DNA of 44,976 bases from Chiloscyllium plagiosum (GCF_004010195.1 NC_057724.1:43822641-43867616); one strand, 5' to 3'. Counted from the stretch's first letter, positions 10,690-23,040 are shown. A program made the numbers and translations. Notes: generated by a model from the sequence alone, not told the origin.

Positions 10690-11356
10690 AACATTGGACT
10701 TGATATTTCATGTCCACTCTAGGTAGCAGGGGTGTGTGCGTGCATGTGCATGCGCGGGTTTGGTGCGGGTTGGCAGCAGCCTGAAGAATCTGGGGGCTGC
10801 CCAGCCCACCAATTCTCTATCCACCGCTCAAACTCACCCTCATAATATGGAGTGTAGGTGGGCACCATATGTAGAAAAATACTAATGGATCATTTGAGCT
10901 AAATAAATAAAAGCTTGCCCCAGTCCCTATTAGGTGTTAAACATGGAGGAAGGAGGGAACAGTATCTTCACAGCGGGCCCTTTTTGCATCGGGAGCAACC
11001 CCCAAAAGATACTTACCCTGCACGGTCTTCTCTGCCCACACAGAATTTAACACGCACCCCTTCCCACAAGCTCTTAGCACCACTCCCTAATGTAGCCAAA
11101 CTATCCCTTCCCAATGGTCTTATTTACCTGGGGCCCACAGACCTTCACCCTGGAATGTCCCGAAAGAGCTCAGGCATTGGCAGGATCACTGGAACTGTGA
11201 CTCAATCAGACCCTCCCAGTGAGGATCAGAAGTCCCACCTATTTAGCCACTCACAACTCATTACGGACTTGGAGTAGGCGATTCAGTCTGTCAGCTGGCT
11301 GTCATTTTCACCTCCTGGGGGTGAGATCTCCCCAGCCTGCTGTAATTTTCTGTCCG
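10690..11356. mobile_element. Probable decayed non-autonomous DNA transposon
   Basis: GC-richer block ending in GTAATTTTCTGTCC, similar to the terminal motifs at 15195-15209 and 28891-28903. Left boundary uncertain. Confidence 0.3.
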
Positions 11357-12579
11357 CTAATTGGAACACGTGTCCATGTTCATTTTAGCAGGCACTAATG
11401 AATTTCATTAGATCCATCTAACTTTGTGGAACTCTGAAATCAGAATTTTGAAAAATTATTTAAACAAATTAACTTGTGTAGTTCATTTAGGGTCTGTATT
11501 ACATTTCCCAAATAGTACATGGCTACACATTAACTAAGACAGCATGGATATGCGAATGGAAAGAAAGACTATCAGATCATACAGGCATTGCTTCCATCTT
11601 GTTCAAGGGGCAACTATTGAGTGTCCTTGATAATTATGTACCTGTCAGGCAGGTAGGAAAGGGTCGTGCGAGGGAAGCAGATGAGGAGGAGGTGGTGTGC
11701 GTTTAACTGGTGGGTAATTGCCAAAGACGTTATAAAGTCTAAAATGAAGTAAAAACACTTCGAAGTTTAACAAACATGGAAAGATGGAATAAAATATCAG
11801 AAAACAAAACTAAGGAAAGATACTGCAGCCAAAATAAATATTCAAAATAGAAACTAAAGCTTGTCCGGACTCTGCTACACATCCTGTGTGTTCTCTGACA
11901 GTATGCTCTAGCCACAAGCGCCATCACAGATGCAAGCCAGAAACCAAATAACTGGCAAGCAATTAGTGACCAGCTTCCAACTTCAAATCTTTCCCAGACG
12001 CTCAAATATCTTCCAGGATGGCAGCAGTGTGACAGAAACAGAATGTTAGTCAGGATCTCTTTTGACTCTTTAATGGTTTTTCCTCACTTGAGGACTGTAA
12101 CGGCTGTAGTAATTGCCCAGGTTGAGCTCCCTGCCTGCAGGTAAGTACTTTACACAATGACTCCCAGATGCGATGACTTTGCATTCTGTATTGAATTAAG
12201 CACAAAATGTCAAGAGGCCTTCTTACGTTCTGTTTTGCTGAAGGCTGCCTTGATCTAGGGATTTCTACTATTACGGTACAAACAGAAAAAAAAACTTTGC
12301 CATTTTTAAAATCAAAGTGAGCCCAAGTGTTCATTTGCCTCCTGGCTTGGCATAAAAGGGGCAAATCTATTGCCCAAAAATCTTCCTTTTGCCCTTATAA
12401 GTGCTGAACAGTCTCTTCAAATAATAAAACCTAAAGAAAATTCTGAGCATTTGTGCTAATGACGAACACGACATACCAAAATTCTTGTAAGCTATTTTCT
12501 TGTCAGACCAACTTACATGAGGAGTTGTGGAACAGCAAAGCAGTTTAGGTATCCCTTCATACATATCACAAAAGTACTG

Positions 12580-12765
12580 GTGGACAGTAGTAAAAAAGGA
12601 TAGAGTCTTTTAATTCAAAAAGGTTTGGAACACGAAGTAAGGAAATTATGTTTCGACTGGATATAGCCTTGATCAGACCTGATGTATAATTTGCTTTCAG
12701 TTCTGGGCACTGTACCTCTCAAGAAAACTACTTTAAGTTGGAAGGGAAACAATGCATTCACAAGA
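12580..12765 (+). mobile_element. Decayed CR1 ORF2 C-terminal fragment
   Basis: GGTTTGGAACACGAAGTAAGGAAATTATG...ATATAGCCTTGATCAGACC...TTCAGTTCTGGGCAC resembles CR1 GxEYKSKEVML...LVRPxLEYCxQFW. Confidence 0.55.
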
Positions 12766-12769
12766 CTCC

Positions 12770-13220
12770 TTTCTTATTCATACATGGAGTGTGGCCATTT
12801 ATTTTCCATCTCTATTTGCGCTTGAAAATGTGGTGGTGAGCCACCTTCTTCAACAGCTGCAATTCATGTAGGCACAGGGACACCCACAATGCTGTTAAAA
12901 CAGGAGTTAAGCAGAAATTTTGACTCAGCAACAGTTGAAGAGCAGCAACATAGTTCCAAGTGAGGCTGATGTGCGGCTTAGAAGGGAACCTGCAACATGT
13001 TACTCTAGTTGATAGAAGTCATGGGATTGGAAGGCTTTATTGAATTAATATCATACATTCTGTATATTATCTTGATGCACAGTGGCAGCAGTGTGTACAA
13101 TGTGAGCATTTAAACAGGGAGATAGGGTGTCGATCAAATAGGTTGCTTTGTTCTTGACAGTATCAGAAATTCTCAAGTATTGTAAGAGCAGAATCCAGGT
13201 TTAGTGGAGAATATTCCTGA
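12770..13220 (-). mobile_element. 3' end of a LINE (CR1/L2 group), decayed
   Basis: CTTGAAAATGTGGTGGTGAGCCACCTTCTTCAACAGCTGCA...CACCCACAATGCTGTT...TAGTTCCAAGT. A second copy lies at 21475-21830. Confidence 0.65.
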
Positions 13221-13494
13221 TTGGTAATTGAACTCACTAAATCTCAGTGCTGGTACTTTGATGTAATTAAATAAAAAAAACTGACGATGTTAAGGAAACA
13301 TCGATAAATCATTTAATCACATGATTTTGACAGAATAAGTTTCTTTTTTACATTCCAGTGTGGTAATTGGAAATACAAAGGGAATTTGCTTCTTAGAATT
13401 TTGTTGTCTTACTACTAAACGTCACACTGCTTGCCCAGCCAAGCTATCACATTATTATGTTTATGTAAAGTCAAACAGGAAGAATCATAGATCC

Positions 13495-13846
13495 CAGTGG
13501 TTAACACACTGCTGCCTCACAGCGCCAGGGACTCAGGTTTGATTCCTGCCTTGGGCGACTGTCTGTGTGGAGTTTGCATATTCTTATATCTGCATGGGTT
13601 TATTTTGTGTGCTCCAGTTTCTTCCCACAGTCCAAAGATGTGCAGGTTAGGCAGATTGGCCATGCTAAGTTGTCCGTAGTGTCAAAGGATGTGCAGGCTC
13701 GATGGATTAGCCATGGGAAAAGCAGGGTTACAGGGATAGGGTGGGGGATATGGTCCTGGGTGAGTTGCTCTTCAGAGGATCAGTGTGGACTCGATGGGCC
13801 AAAAGACGTACTTTCACACTGCAAGGATGCTATGATTCTTGGATTC
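13495..13846 (+). mobile_element. HE1-like (V-SINE) SINE, near full length
   Basis: tRNA-like head CAGTGGTTAACAC...GGTTTGATTCC, core GTGTGGAGTTTGCA...CCCACAGTCCAAAGATGTGCAGGTTAGG, and a LINE-derived tail. Confidence 0.9.
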
Positions 13847-14279
13847 AGGGACAAGTCTACATTTCTAAATCTTCCTTAACAATCAGACCAAACGATCGAT
13901 CACTACCCAGTACACTGAATTTGCCAAGTTCAGACAGAATTGGATTAAGGGATTTGAAAACAGGTTTGAAGTGAATTCTCTGTATGACTGGATGGGACAA
14001 ACAGAATAAAAAGAAACAGATGGCTTCTATTGGTTGAGTGGGTCCAGAAGGACTGGATATAGGTACAAGGGCCCAGAACACATGCATAGACAGAAGATAC
14101 ATGTTGGGAGCATGTTGTGACATAGCTGATTGTCTGGAATTGCACAGCAGAATGAACCCTCTGAAAAAGCCCCCAACTCTAGAGATTTCATAAGGTTTTG
14201 ACTTATCTTCATAAATTTCCAGGAAAAATCAAAGGAATTAAAAGCTGCTCCAATTCCAAGCTAACTACAAAAGTGCACA

Positions 14280-14345
14280 GCAATGGTGGCATAGTGGTGA
14301 GCATAGCTGCCTTTCGAGCAGTTGACCTGCATTTGATTCCTGGCT
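14280..14345 (+). pseudogene. tRNA-Gly(TCC)-derived pseudogene; anticodon position reads TTC
   Basis: GCAATGGTGGCATAGTGGTGAGCATAGCTGCCTTTCGAGCAGTTGACCTGCATTTGATTCCTGGC aligns with vertebrate tRNA-Gly-TCC (GCGTTGGTGGTATAGTGGTGAGCATAGCTGCCTTCCAAGCAGTTGACCCGGGTTCGATTCCCGGC). The T-arm and 3' acceptor strand are damaged. Confidence 0.8.
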
Positions 14346-14351
14346 TTTACA

Positions 14352-15209
14352 AGTCCTGAATTTTACAGCGGTTGTGGCGTAGTAGTAGTGTCCCTACCTC
14401 TGAGCCAAGAGGCCCAGGTTCTAGTCCCATGTACATCTCAAAACAGGCACACTCCCCACCTAATCCCACCCCCAATTCTCTGATGTTCAAACGTCTGCAC
14501 GGACCACTGGCCCAACTGGAAGACCTGACTCTTTTCCCCATTTCACTCCACCAGAACTGAAGTCCCTCCCCACACCAAACAATGTGACCCCTGCCCCTCA
14601 ACCTCAGATATGCCTCCTCATATCCAACGTACTTCCCCTGATTCTGGTCTCTAAGCCCCCACTCACCCCTCCCCAACTCCCAATCCTCCAACTACAATCT
14701 CCCCACACACTCTCCCAATTTCCACCACCATCCCTGACAATCCCCCCAACCTGACCTTTTCTGATCGAGCACCCCCAATGGGCATGCCCTGACAGCCCAC
14801 ATCACAGCTTCCAGATCCAGACCCCAACCAACCTTTAGCCTTCAATCACTTACCTGCCACATTACACGCTCATGCATCTGGCATTCTGGTCCCTATCCTC
14901 CTGGCACTTGCATTCCTCAACCATTCAGTACCTTAACTCCCTCAATACCTTACACTCCTGCCTTCCCTCAGTAGCTGTCAAAATGGCTACAGGATCCTTA
15001 AACTACAAAATGCAGCACTTACAGCTACAAAGGGGCTTTGCTTTCAGCATCTATCCTCTCCGCTCTGCCTTCATGGATTCCTGACTTTGACTCTGTCATT
15101 TTGACTGGGAAGCCTCCAGCCTCAGAAGTTCAGCAAAAGAAAACACTCGCCCCCCCTCCAAAAAAAGGCAACTTTAATTCTGATCTCAAAAGGTAGGGAA
15201 TCCAACCCA
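14352..15209. mobile_element. Probable non-autonomous DNA transposon remnant with C-rich low-complexity interior
   Basis: Starts GTCCTGAATTTTAC and ends GTAGGGAATCCAACCC, an imperfect TIR-like pair resembling 27387/28903. C-rich tract at about 14450-14830. Confidence 0.35.
14368..14432 (+). mobile_element. tRNA-like SINE head
   Basis: GTGGCGTAGTAGTAGTGTCCCTACCTCTGAGCCAAGAGGCCCAGGTTCTAGTCCC has A-box-like and B-box-like motifs. A related decayed minus copy lies at about 38780-38850. Confidence 0.65.
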
Positions 15210-15342
15210 GACTGTAACATTTGGGATTCAGAGTCAGCGTATGTGACACTTTGGAACATACTTCAAAAGTTAAAGATGGGAAGTCAAGGTCACCTCAACA
15301 TTTAAAAGTGAAAAAGGTTAAATAAGAAGATTTGCATTTATA

Positions 15343-15693
15343 GAATCATAGAGTCAGAGAGATATACAGCATGGAAACAGACCCTTCGGTCCAACCTGTC
15401 TATGCCAACCAGATATCCCAACCCAATCTAGTCCCACCTACCAGCACCTAGCCCATATCCCTTCAAACCCTTCATACACCCATCCAAATGCCTCTTAAAT
15501 GTTGCAATTGTACCAGCCTCCACCACTTCCTCTGGCAGCTCATTCCATCCATGTACCACACTCTGTGGAAAAAGTTGCTCCGTGGGTCTCTTTTATATCT
15601 TTCTCCTCTCACCCTAAACCTATGCCCTCTAGTTCTGGACTCCCCGACCCCAGGGAAAAGATTTTGCCTATTTACTCTATCCATGCCCCTCAT
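15343..15693 (-). mobile_element. CR1/HER1 LINE 3' end
   Basis: ORF 15472-15693 MRGMDRVNRQNLFPGVGESRTRGHRFRVRG is the CR1 ORF2 C-terminus. It is followed by the HER1-type tail. Confidence 0.93.
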
Positions 15694-15706
15694 ATTATAT
15701 AGATAA

Positions 15707-15838
15707 ATAAAACAAAGAACTACAGATGCTGGAAATCTGAAACAAAAACAGAAATTGCTGGAGGAAATTCAAGTCTGGCAGCTTCTGTGGAGAGAAAGCT
15801 GCCAGACATGCTGAGTTTCTCCAAAATCTTCTGTTTTC
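15707..15838. mobile_element. Penelope-like family C fold-back fragment
   Basis: AAAAACAGAAATTGCTGGAGGAAATTCAAGTCTGGCAGC ... GCTGCCAGACATGCTGAGTTTCTCCAAAATCTTCTGTTTT forms an imperfect inverted repeat. Confidence 0.7.
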
Positions 15839-16140
15839 CATTTATATACAGCCGTTAATAATCACCAGATATTCCAAGCTGCTTTGTAACCAGTGAAGTA
15901 ATGCAGAACACATGACAGATATTTTGCATAAAAACACTCAAGGTGCATTAATAATCAGATAATCTGTTTGATTTGTAATGCTGATTGAAGAATAAATAAT
16001 TTGCCAGGGTAGAAGGGTTAGGTCACAAGGGGTCCTTTTCAGAATTGTGGGTCCAAATGAGGGAGACGATGGGCCTCAGTTTAACATCTCATCTGAAAGA
16101 CAACATCTCGCAGCACTGCACTGGAACATAAGTCTTGATT
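15839..16140 (-). mobile_element. Deu-domain SINE (SacSINE1/AmnSINE1-like)
   Basis: GGGCCTCAGTTTAACATCTCATCTGAAAGACAACATCTC...CACTGCACTGG is the reverse complement of the Deu core. Its extreme tail (TTGCATTTATAG) appears at about 15330, left of two nested insertions. Confidence 0.7.
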
Positions 16141-16191
16141 CTCCTGTTCCCCTGTCTCTTTGGCCTTCAGACATTGCTCTCATTCTCACCT

Positions 16192-16418
16192 TGAAATAAC
16201 TCCACAGAGGCCGGTATTCCTGTCACCAAGTCACCTCTTATTTACACATGAACAGTCCTTTATACTGCCTCTTCAGAGTCAGTTTTCAGAATGCCAGCAT
16301 TTCTGACACTTCCTTTTTATCTGTCAGCCAGGGCTCCCTGGTTAGGGCTGTTAATCTGGTCCAATCAGGAAACCCACTCTATATCATCCAGCTGGCTGAT
16401 CACATTACAATCATGACA
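16192..16418 (-). mobile_element. Solo LTR (227 bp) with perfect 5-bp TSD CACCT
   Basis: Termini are TG...CA. CACCT occurs at 16187-16191 and 16419-16423. On the minus strand a TATA-like GATAAAAAGG precedes a decayed polyA signal GTAAATAAGAG. Confidence 0.85.
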
Positions 16419-16439
16419 CACCTCAAAATTTGTGGTGTT

Positions 16440-16675
16440 ATTTCCATACTAGAGACTGACGCTCAAAATTAAGCTGTCATCGCTGTGCATTTGAGCGGTG
16501 CCATCTTTCAAATGAGAAATTAAATAGAGGCCTGTTTGTCCCCTCAGATGGATGTAAAAATTCCATGTCTTTTGAATTTCAAAGGTGACTAATTTCAAAG
16601 TAATGTATTCGCTATAAAGCACTTTCAACTGTCCTAAGCTCATGAAAGGTGTTATATAATTGCACGAATCTTTAA
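16440..16675 (+). mobile_element. Deu-domain SINE fragment
   Basis: GGTGCCATCTTTCAAATGAGAAATTAAATAGAGGCCTG...CTCAGATGGATGTAAAAATTCCATG and tail AAAGGTGTTATATAATTGCA. Confidence 0.7.
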
Positions 16676-18283
16676 TTCTATGTATAATGTAACCATTAAA
16701 CAAACATATCAAGGTCAAAGATTTGCCCCGCCCCAACGTCTAAGAATGATATTGTTCTAGCAATTACCAAGCAACACAGGGAACCACATAATTCACCCGC
16801 AACAGAAAAGGCAGAAAAAAAATTTGAAGATGGGGATAGAGGATCCAAAGTCAAAGACAGGAATCTGAACTTGTGATGAAATAATTATGGATTGTCACAG
16901 ACATCATAGCACACAAAGTCAAGATTTCAGAGCCAGTTATTTTCTGAACACATACTGGCACAGTGCACCTTGGTAACCGCCAGCAAAATATCAGAAAACG
17001 ACAAGCACACAGCCAATGATTTTCTGGTTTGCTATAGTAGCTGGGGATGCTTTGCCACTTCTATTATATGCTCTGAAAAAAGTCCTCAAAGCATTCTTCT
17101 GGCATGCAGAGGTCATTATTTTAAGGTCAATGTCTATGTGAAATATTTAAAAGCAGCATACAGAATGAATATTTTAAAAAATGTTGACATTATCAAATAC
17201 ACATTCAACTTATTCATAAATATTTGATTGAGGACTCTTGTAAATTTTTATATTTCGACTCCCCATTCTCCAGTCCCTGAGACACTGGATAAGAATTAGT
17301 AAGAGGAGTTCGGGAAGTGGGGGCAGCAACAGAGATGGGGGGAAATACTAAAGTAAAGTAAAACCACAAAGCATCCAAATGCAAAAAAAAGTTAATCAGA
17401 GCTTGAAACAAAAGCATGTGACTTGGCATTGCTTTCTTCGGCCTAGCAGTCTTCCCTGTACAGCGGCACAATAGAGCAGTGGGAAGCTCTGCCAAGCCTG
17501 GCAACCAGCTCAGCAAACCAGTCTTCAGCTGTCAACATTCAGATCTCTTTCAATGGGCCTCATGCTGTCAGTGTAGCAGGGCCAGCTCAAAGCCCATTTT
17601 GTGAGGTGAGTGGAGCCTCTGAAAACCTACAGAGCTCAACTTGCACAAAGCTTCACGAGAGGATTTGTATTGTGGGGTCCCACTGCCAACCACACCCCTC
17701 CCCCAACCTTTCTTCCTCCTTTTCTATTCATTGACAGAGGCATATTCTTTCATTAAATTTATTTAAATTTACATTACTTAACATTCCTAAACAATATAGC
17801 ATAAACGTATTGCTTTTCTCTTCACTGTGGTATTCAGAGTTTGTTCACGATATTCTCTTTATTTCCAGAAATCGTATTCTTTTACACTAACTGCTCAATG
17901 GATCTTTAATCTGCTAAATGTGCTGCTGAATGAAACTCAACATTTAGTATGTTCATCCAATGTAGTGTAGTGATTAACAAAACCAAATGCAATTTTAAGC
18001 TGTATGTTGGAACACAAGACAAAGTAAACTAAAGAAACTCTAAATATTCTGGAGAGACGGCACAGTGAATACAACATAATTCTAAGCCTAAGGAAGGGAG
18101 CAGACAATAAAGGAAATGCCACAAGGTGGTTCTTCATGTTAGTTGTGGAGAAAAGAGGGAGAAATCTGGAATTTGCAATAGTAATAAATAAAGTGCCTGA
18201 AAGGTAACTGTGGAGGTTTGTAGGTCGTTAATGGCATGGGAAAAAAGTAAATCCAAGAAACTGTGTTAAGCCACATATAACAA

Positions 18284-19680
18284 CTTAAGAACTTGGAGCA
18301 GGAGTAGGCCATTCTGCCTCTCCAGCCTGTTCCACCATTCAATATGATCATGGCTGATTTCACCTCGGCCTCAACTCCACTTGCTTGCCCGATCCCTATA
18401 ATTCTTCAAAACGCTACTAATTTTTTTTTTAAAATCAATCTATCTCCTCAAATTTACTCAATGTCCCAACATCAACCATACTCTAGGGTAGTGAATTCCA
18501 CAGACTCATGAGCATTTGAGGAGTAACTTCTCACCTGTTTTAAATCTGCTACTCCACAGCCCCAAACTATTACTTATCATTGTTTCTTCTTGTGGGACAA
18601 TAGATGGAGAAACAAGAGAAAACATCCTCTGTCTACTTTGTCAATCCCTATGGAATTTTGTTTACAGTAATTCCTTCATATCCAAGAAGATTCAATACCT
18701 GAGAACCTCTGCAAATTATGAAAGTCACGAGTTAAAAATTGGTTAAAAATCACGATAGGCAATTTTTGCCTGCAGAATTTGACTTTTGTTGCTACTTTTT
18801 TTTGATTTGGAGATGCATGGAAAACAAATTTGCGATTTGTGATTTTACAGACACAGGATTTACTGTACCTCAAATTAGATCCCCTCCAATTCTTTTAAAC
18901 TCCAGGCAGTATTGGCCTAAACTTCTCAATCTCTCTTTAGACAAGCCCCTCACCTCTACAAACAGTTGAGTGAACTTCCTTTGAACTGCCTCTAATGCAA
19001 CTACATCTTTCCTCAAGGAAGAGAACCAAAACTGTATGCAATATCCCAAATGCAATCTCACTAAGGCCTTGCATAGTTGCAGCACCACTTCACTACTTTT
19101 GTACTCTATCCCTTTAGTAATAAATGCCGAAATGCCATTTGTCTCCCATACTAACTGCTGTACCTGGACACTAGTTTTCTGTGATTCATGCAGGAGGATA
19201 TCCAGATCTCTGTGCAAAAAAACTCTGAAATTTCCCTCCGTTTAGATAGGTTACTGTTCTAGTCTTCCAAACAAAAATGGATAACCTCAGTTATCCAAAA
19301 TTAAACTCCATCTGCCAGATTTTGGCCCACTCTTTAAACTTTGCGGATACACTTGTAAATTTATTTTCTCTTTATTGCAACTTGCTGTCCTATCTATGTT
19401 AATACCTTCTACCCCTATATCCAAGTCATACATATCAATTGTAAATAGCTGAGTCCCTGAGGACACAACCTAATGGAATCCTACCAGTTACATCTTGCCA
19501 ACCAGAATAAGGCCCATTTATCCCAATTTTCTGCTTTCAGTTGCTGCACCAATCCTCTCTCCAAGCACAAATTACTGCTAACCCCATGTAATCTTGCTTT
19601 AGTCTTTTACAAGGCACCTTCTCAAATGCCTTCCACAAATCCAAATATACTACAGATACATAATCTCCATTATCCATCAT
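18284..19680 (-). mobile_element. CR1 LINE ORF2 3' half and 3' UTR, degenerate
   Basis: ORF 18870-19217 (KGIEYKSSEVVLQLCKALVRLHLGYCIQFW...LEAVQRKFTQ) and the CR1 tail at 18284-18340 (GGAGCAGGAGTAGGCCATTC). Confidence 0.9.
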
Positions 19681-21474
19681 GGTTTTATGCAGGTAAACCA
19701 TATTTTATGATTTACTGAGGATCTTCTAAGATGTAACGTGCAAACTTTGATTGATTGTGTTTTGATTTTCTAAATGTCCTATTCTTACTTCCTATTGGAG
19801 AGAACTCAGGTTCAAGCTAGTATGAAATTAGCTAGTGACTAATAAAATATGCTTCATGTAAAGAGTTAAAATATATTAAATTGACATAAAACAGTAGTTG
19901 TGTCTTGCACTGAATGTGCTTAACAGCTGACATCATTATTGAATTAAGTTTACTTATACCTCCCAAACAAAGGCAGCAGCAGACAGATCTTTGATTTACA
20001 CTGCTTCCGCATTTAAAATAAAAATAATTAATTAACATGTAAAATGATATAAGCAACAATTTATTAAAATACAACATGACTAAACTAATATAAAGAATAC
20101 CTGAAATGTATCAGTTGGTTGTACTTATGTTGCTACTGTAATCACAGCTAAAAACATTCAAAATATATCTGACTGAAATTACCATAGTGATTTACATGTT
20201 AAAGAAATTTCTCTTTAACTCCATCAAATGTTGAACAAAAATATAATTTCAGAAGAAATAAAAGTCAAAGTTTTATTCTTCCTTCATGAATGCAATATTT
20301 TCAATTCGCCTAGCTGGTTTCTCGCTCTTTTTGTGTATCTTCTTCATTACCATTGTCTCTGATCTCTGACTGCATCTACCCTGAATTTTTGACCATCAGC
20401 TTCACTTAGTGGTTGGGATTGTGATCTTGATTTATCTGAAACAAATATGCTGATTTACTTCTTGCTGCTTATGGAGTCAGTATACCAGCAAATTTCCAAT
20501 TTCCTTATAACTTTCACTTTCCTTCTGACTTCTATTTTGGACCCCAAAGAGGAATTTGTAAGAATTTTAGCGCGCTCTACTTTTGTCAAGATTTCCACTT
20601 TCAAACCAACTCTTCCAAACTTTAAGAGTCTTGGTAATTTCCCACCCTTCCGTGAAGTGTGTCTCAAATGGAGACAACCAATGTTACTTTCATTCTAAAG
20701 TCAAACATCACAAAACCATGGGAAGAAGTGCAGGTCCCTTTCTTGGGAGGGAACAGTACTTGTGTTGATCCATAGCTGTAGCAAGTGGATAAATGGTGAG
20801 ATCTTCCCAAAATCTCAAGTATTTCTTTGGGTCATAGTGGATCAAAAGAGCATCTTGATTGATTTCAAATGCCTTCTGACACCACACAGACCACTCCCAA
20901 TCATTTCCAACTTTGGAAACCTGCTGCAGTGAACAAATGCATTCGCTAAGTTAGGGCTGAGCATTGAATAATACAGTATTCTCTATGGATGTTTCTTTTT
21001 GTTTTGTGGTCTCTGTATTTTCAAAATCTATTCAAATTTTTTCTGCAGTGGGTGCCCACTCTCCTTATCTATTTATTGATTGAAGTGCATTGCCAATGAT
21101 ACTACAAAGCAACACTTGTGCTTTTTACTTTTGATGCCATAATCAAGTAGTTGATACAGGGCTTTCTTCAAACTGATCTTGTACTCTGTGTCCGAATGCC
21201 AATGGGAAAGTCACCTGCAAAACAGCACACTCCTTTCATCCCACTTAGTACCTGTTTGTACTGGTAAAATCTTTACAATATATGGATGGTAAGCAGTTAT
21301 TTGCTCTCAAGTGTGAATATGCATTTGACAAATCTCTTATTGAATACTATTCCATTAGATTAGAAAATAAACTGCATGACCAGGCAATGGGAATTTGTCA
21401 TTCTGCATTCTGAACTACCTCAATCGATGCAACTCCATCACTGCTCTTCACTTCCATTTGTTTTCCGTATTTGT

Positions 21475-21830
21475 TCATAGGGTGTGGATAGGTTTGGCTA
21501 AGTCAAGATTTATCTCCCATCCCTAATTGCCTTTGAGAAGGCAATGGCAAACTGCCTTCTTGAATAACTTTATCCATCCCCGTCCAACACCGGCACCTCC
21601 ATCTTACATCATCTTGAACCACTGCAGTCCATGTGGTGTAAGTACACCCACAGTTCTGTCAGGAACAGATTCCAGAATATTGACCCAGTGGCAATGAAAG
21701 AACAGCAATACAGTTCAAAAGGCAGCTGCTTTGCCCTGGATGGTTTTGAGCTTTGAGTGTTTTAGGAGCTGCGCCTATTCAGGCAAGTGGAAACTACTGT
21801 ATTGCAATCCTTATGGTTTGTGGACAGAAG
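21475..21830 (-). mobile_element. LINE 3' fragment (same family as 12770-13220) inserted in the Gypsy RT
   Basis: CCCATCCCTAATTGCCTTTGAGAAGG...CTGCAGTCCATGTGGTGTAAGTACACCCACAG. Confidence 0.7.
21565..21611 (+). mobile_element. 47-bp terminal stub of Penelope-like family B with 7-bp TSD
   Basis: CCGTCCAACACCGGCACCTCC...ACATCA, flanked by TCTTGAA at 21558-21564 and 21612-21618. Confidence 0.7.
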
Positions 21831-22819
21831 AGGCTTTTGGGAGGCACCAAGTTTGCTATTTGCCATGGTTTTTCTTTCTAATCTCCTCAGCTCTGTAGTT
21901 ACTACTTCTAACTCGGCAAGAGGCACTGACCTAGCCTGACAAAATGTTGGCTTGGCATCATCCTTTCTTCAGCCTTGTGATGCCAAATTTTATTTGATCC
22001 TCCTTACTGAAAGTCCACTTTGAGGAATTGCTGAGAGCGCACAATGTCAGACACATGTTTACTCATCACTAATGCAAATGCAAAATCACTCAAGTTAAAC
22101 CCTGGCCTCTTAAGCCAATTCCTTCCCTTTGGAAGACAGACATTCTTCCCTCCAATTATTAACAATGGCAAGTAAAAAGATACAATCATACTCCATCCTG
22201 ACAACAGCTTCAATAACGTTAGGACAACTCATCAGTCTTATACCAGTTTTGCCTAAGGTAATGTGACTTAGGGATTTCCTGCATTCTCATTCAGGGATAA
22301 CAGACACTGCTGCAGATGTATCAATGACGAAACTAAGTCATGAATCTCTGATTTTACTTTCTACTGTGGACATGGCAATTATATATCTTCAGCCTTATTA
22401 CTCTCATTTCCCATGTGCTGTTTTTCTTATTCTTTGAGTACAACTTTTCAGCTTCTTGATTAAGAACATCAATTTCTGTGACTGTTTTTATTATGTGTAT
22501 TTGAGGACTTAAGCTCAACAATTACTGTTCAAAGAATCTCAACCTGGTACACGGGTGTTACCTGAAGCACTTGACCTAGAGCATTACTGTTTCCTCTATT
22601 CCTGCAAGACATCTAGATATGACTGACTTTCCACGAACATAGCACTTTTATTGGAAATTAGGACAATTTGATGCATGCCTACTACGGTAATGGTAACATC
22701 GAAATTTATTAAGCAAGTGTGAACTTGGTTGCAGTAGGCAGGATTCCACCGAAATTCAGTGGACCTCCCATGGCAGTTCAGGGAACAAATAGCCACGTGT
22801 TACAAGGGCATATCTTTTT

Positions 22820-23040
22820 GCTGTGCCTTCAGCAGCAAAAGGCTTAATGTCTGGTACTCCCTCCCTAAACCTAAATTATATACCCTTTTCTTTTTTCTCT
22901 CTCTCTAAATTGTTCCTTAAAGCCTCTCTTTGACCAGGTTTTTTGTTATCTGTCCCACTATTTGCTTGTGAAATTTTCTCTTATGCTGCTCCTGTCAAAG
23001 CTCATGAGATTATACTACGATATTGAGGTTTCTAAATAAA
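22820..23040 (+). mobile_element. L2-like LINE 3' end inserted in the Gypsy gag
   Basis: GCTGTGCCTTCAGC...TCTGGTACTCCCTCCCTAAACCT...CCTTAAAGCCTCTCTTTGACCAGG...GCTCCTGTCAAAGC, typical of the L2 end (F....P.LWNSLP, LKT.LF). Confidence 0.65.

Noticed and set aside
10915-11277. 120-aa ORF
   Set aside because: Non-ATG start, no recognisable domain, and it lies within a probable transposon remnant.
12060-12147. Consensus plus-strand donor CAG|GTAAGT
   Set aside because: No convincing upstream acceptor or recognisable reading frame.
14845-14860. Strong minus-strand donor CAG|GTAAGT (similar one near 11010)
   Set aside because: Both lie inside probable transposon remnants and lack a matching acceptor.
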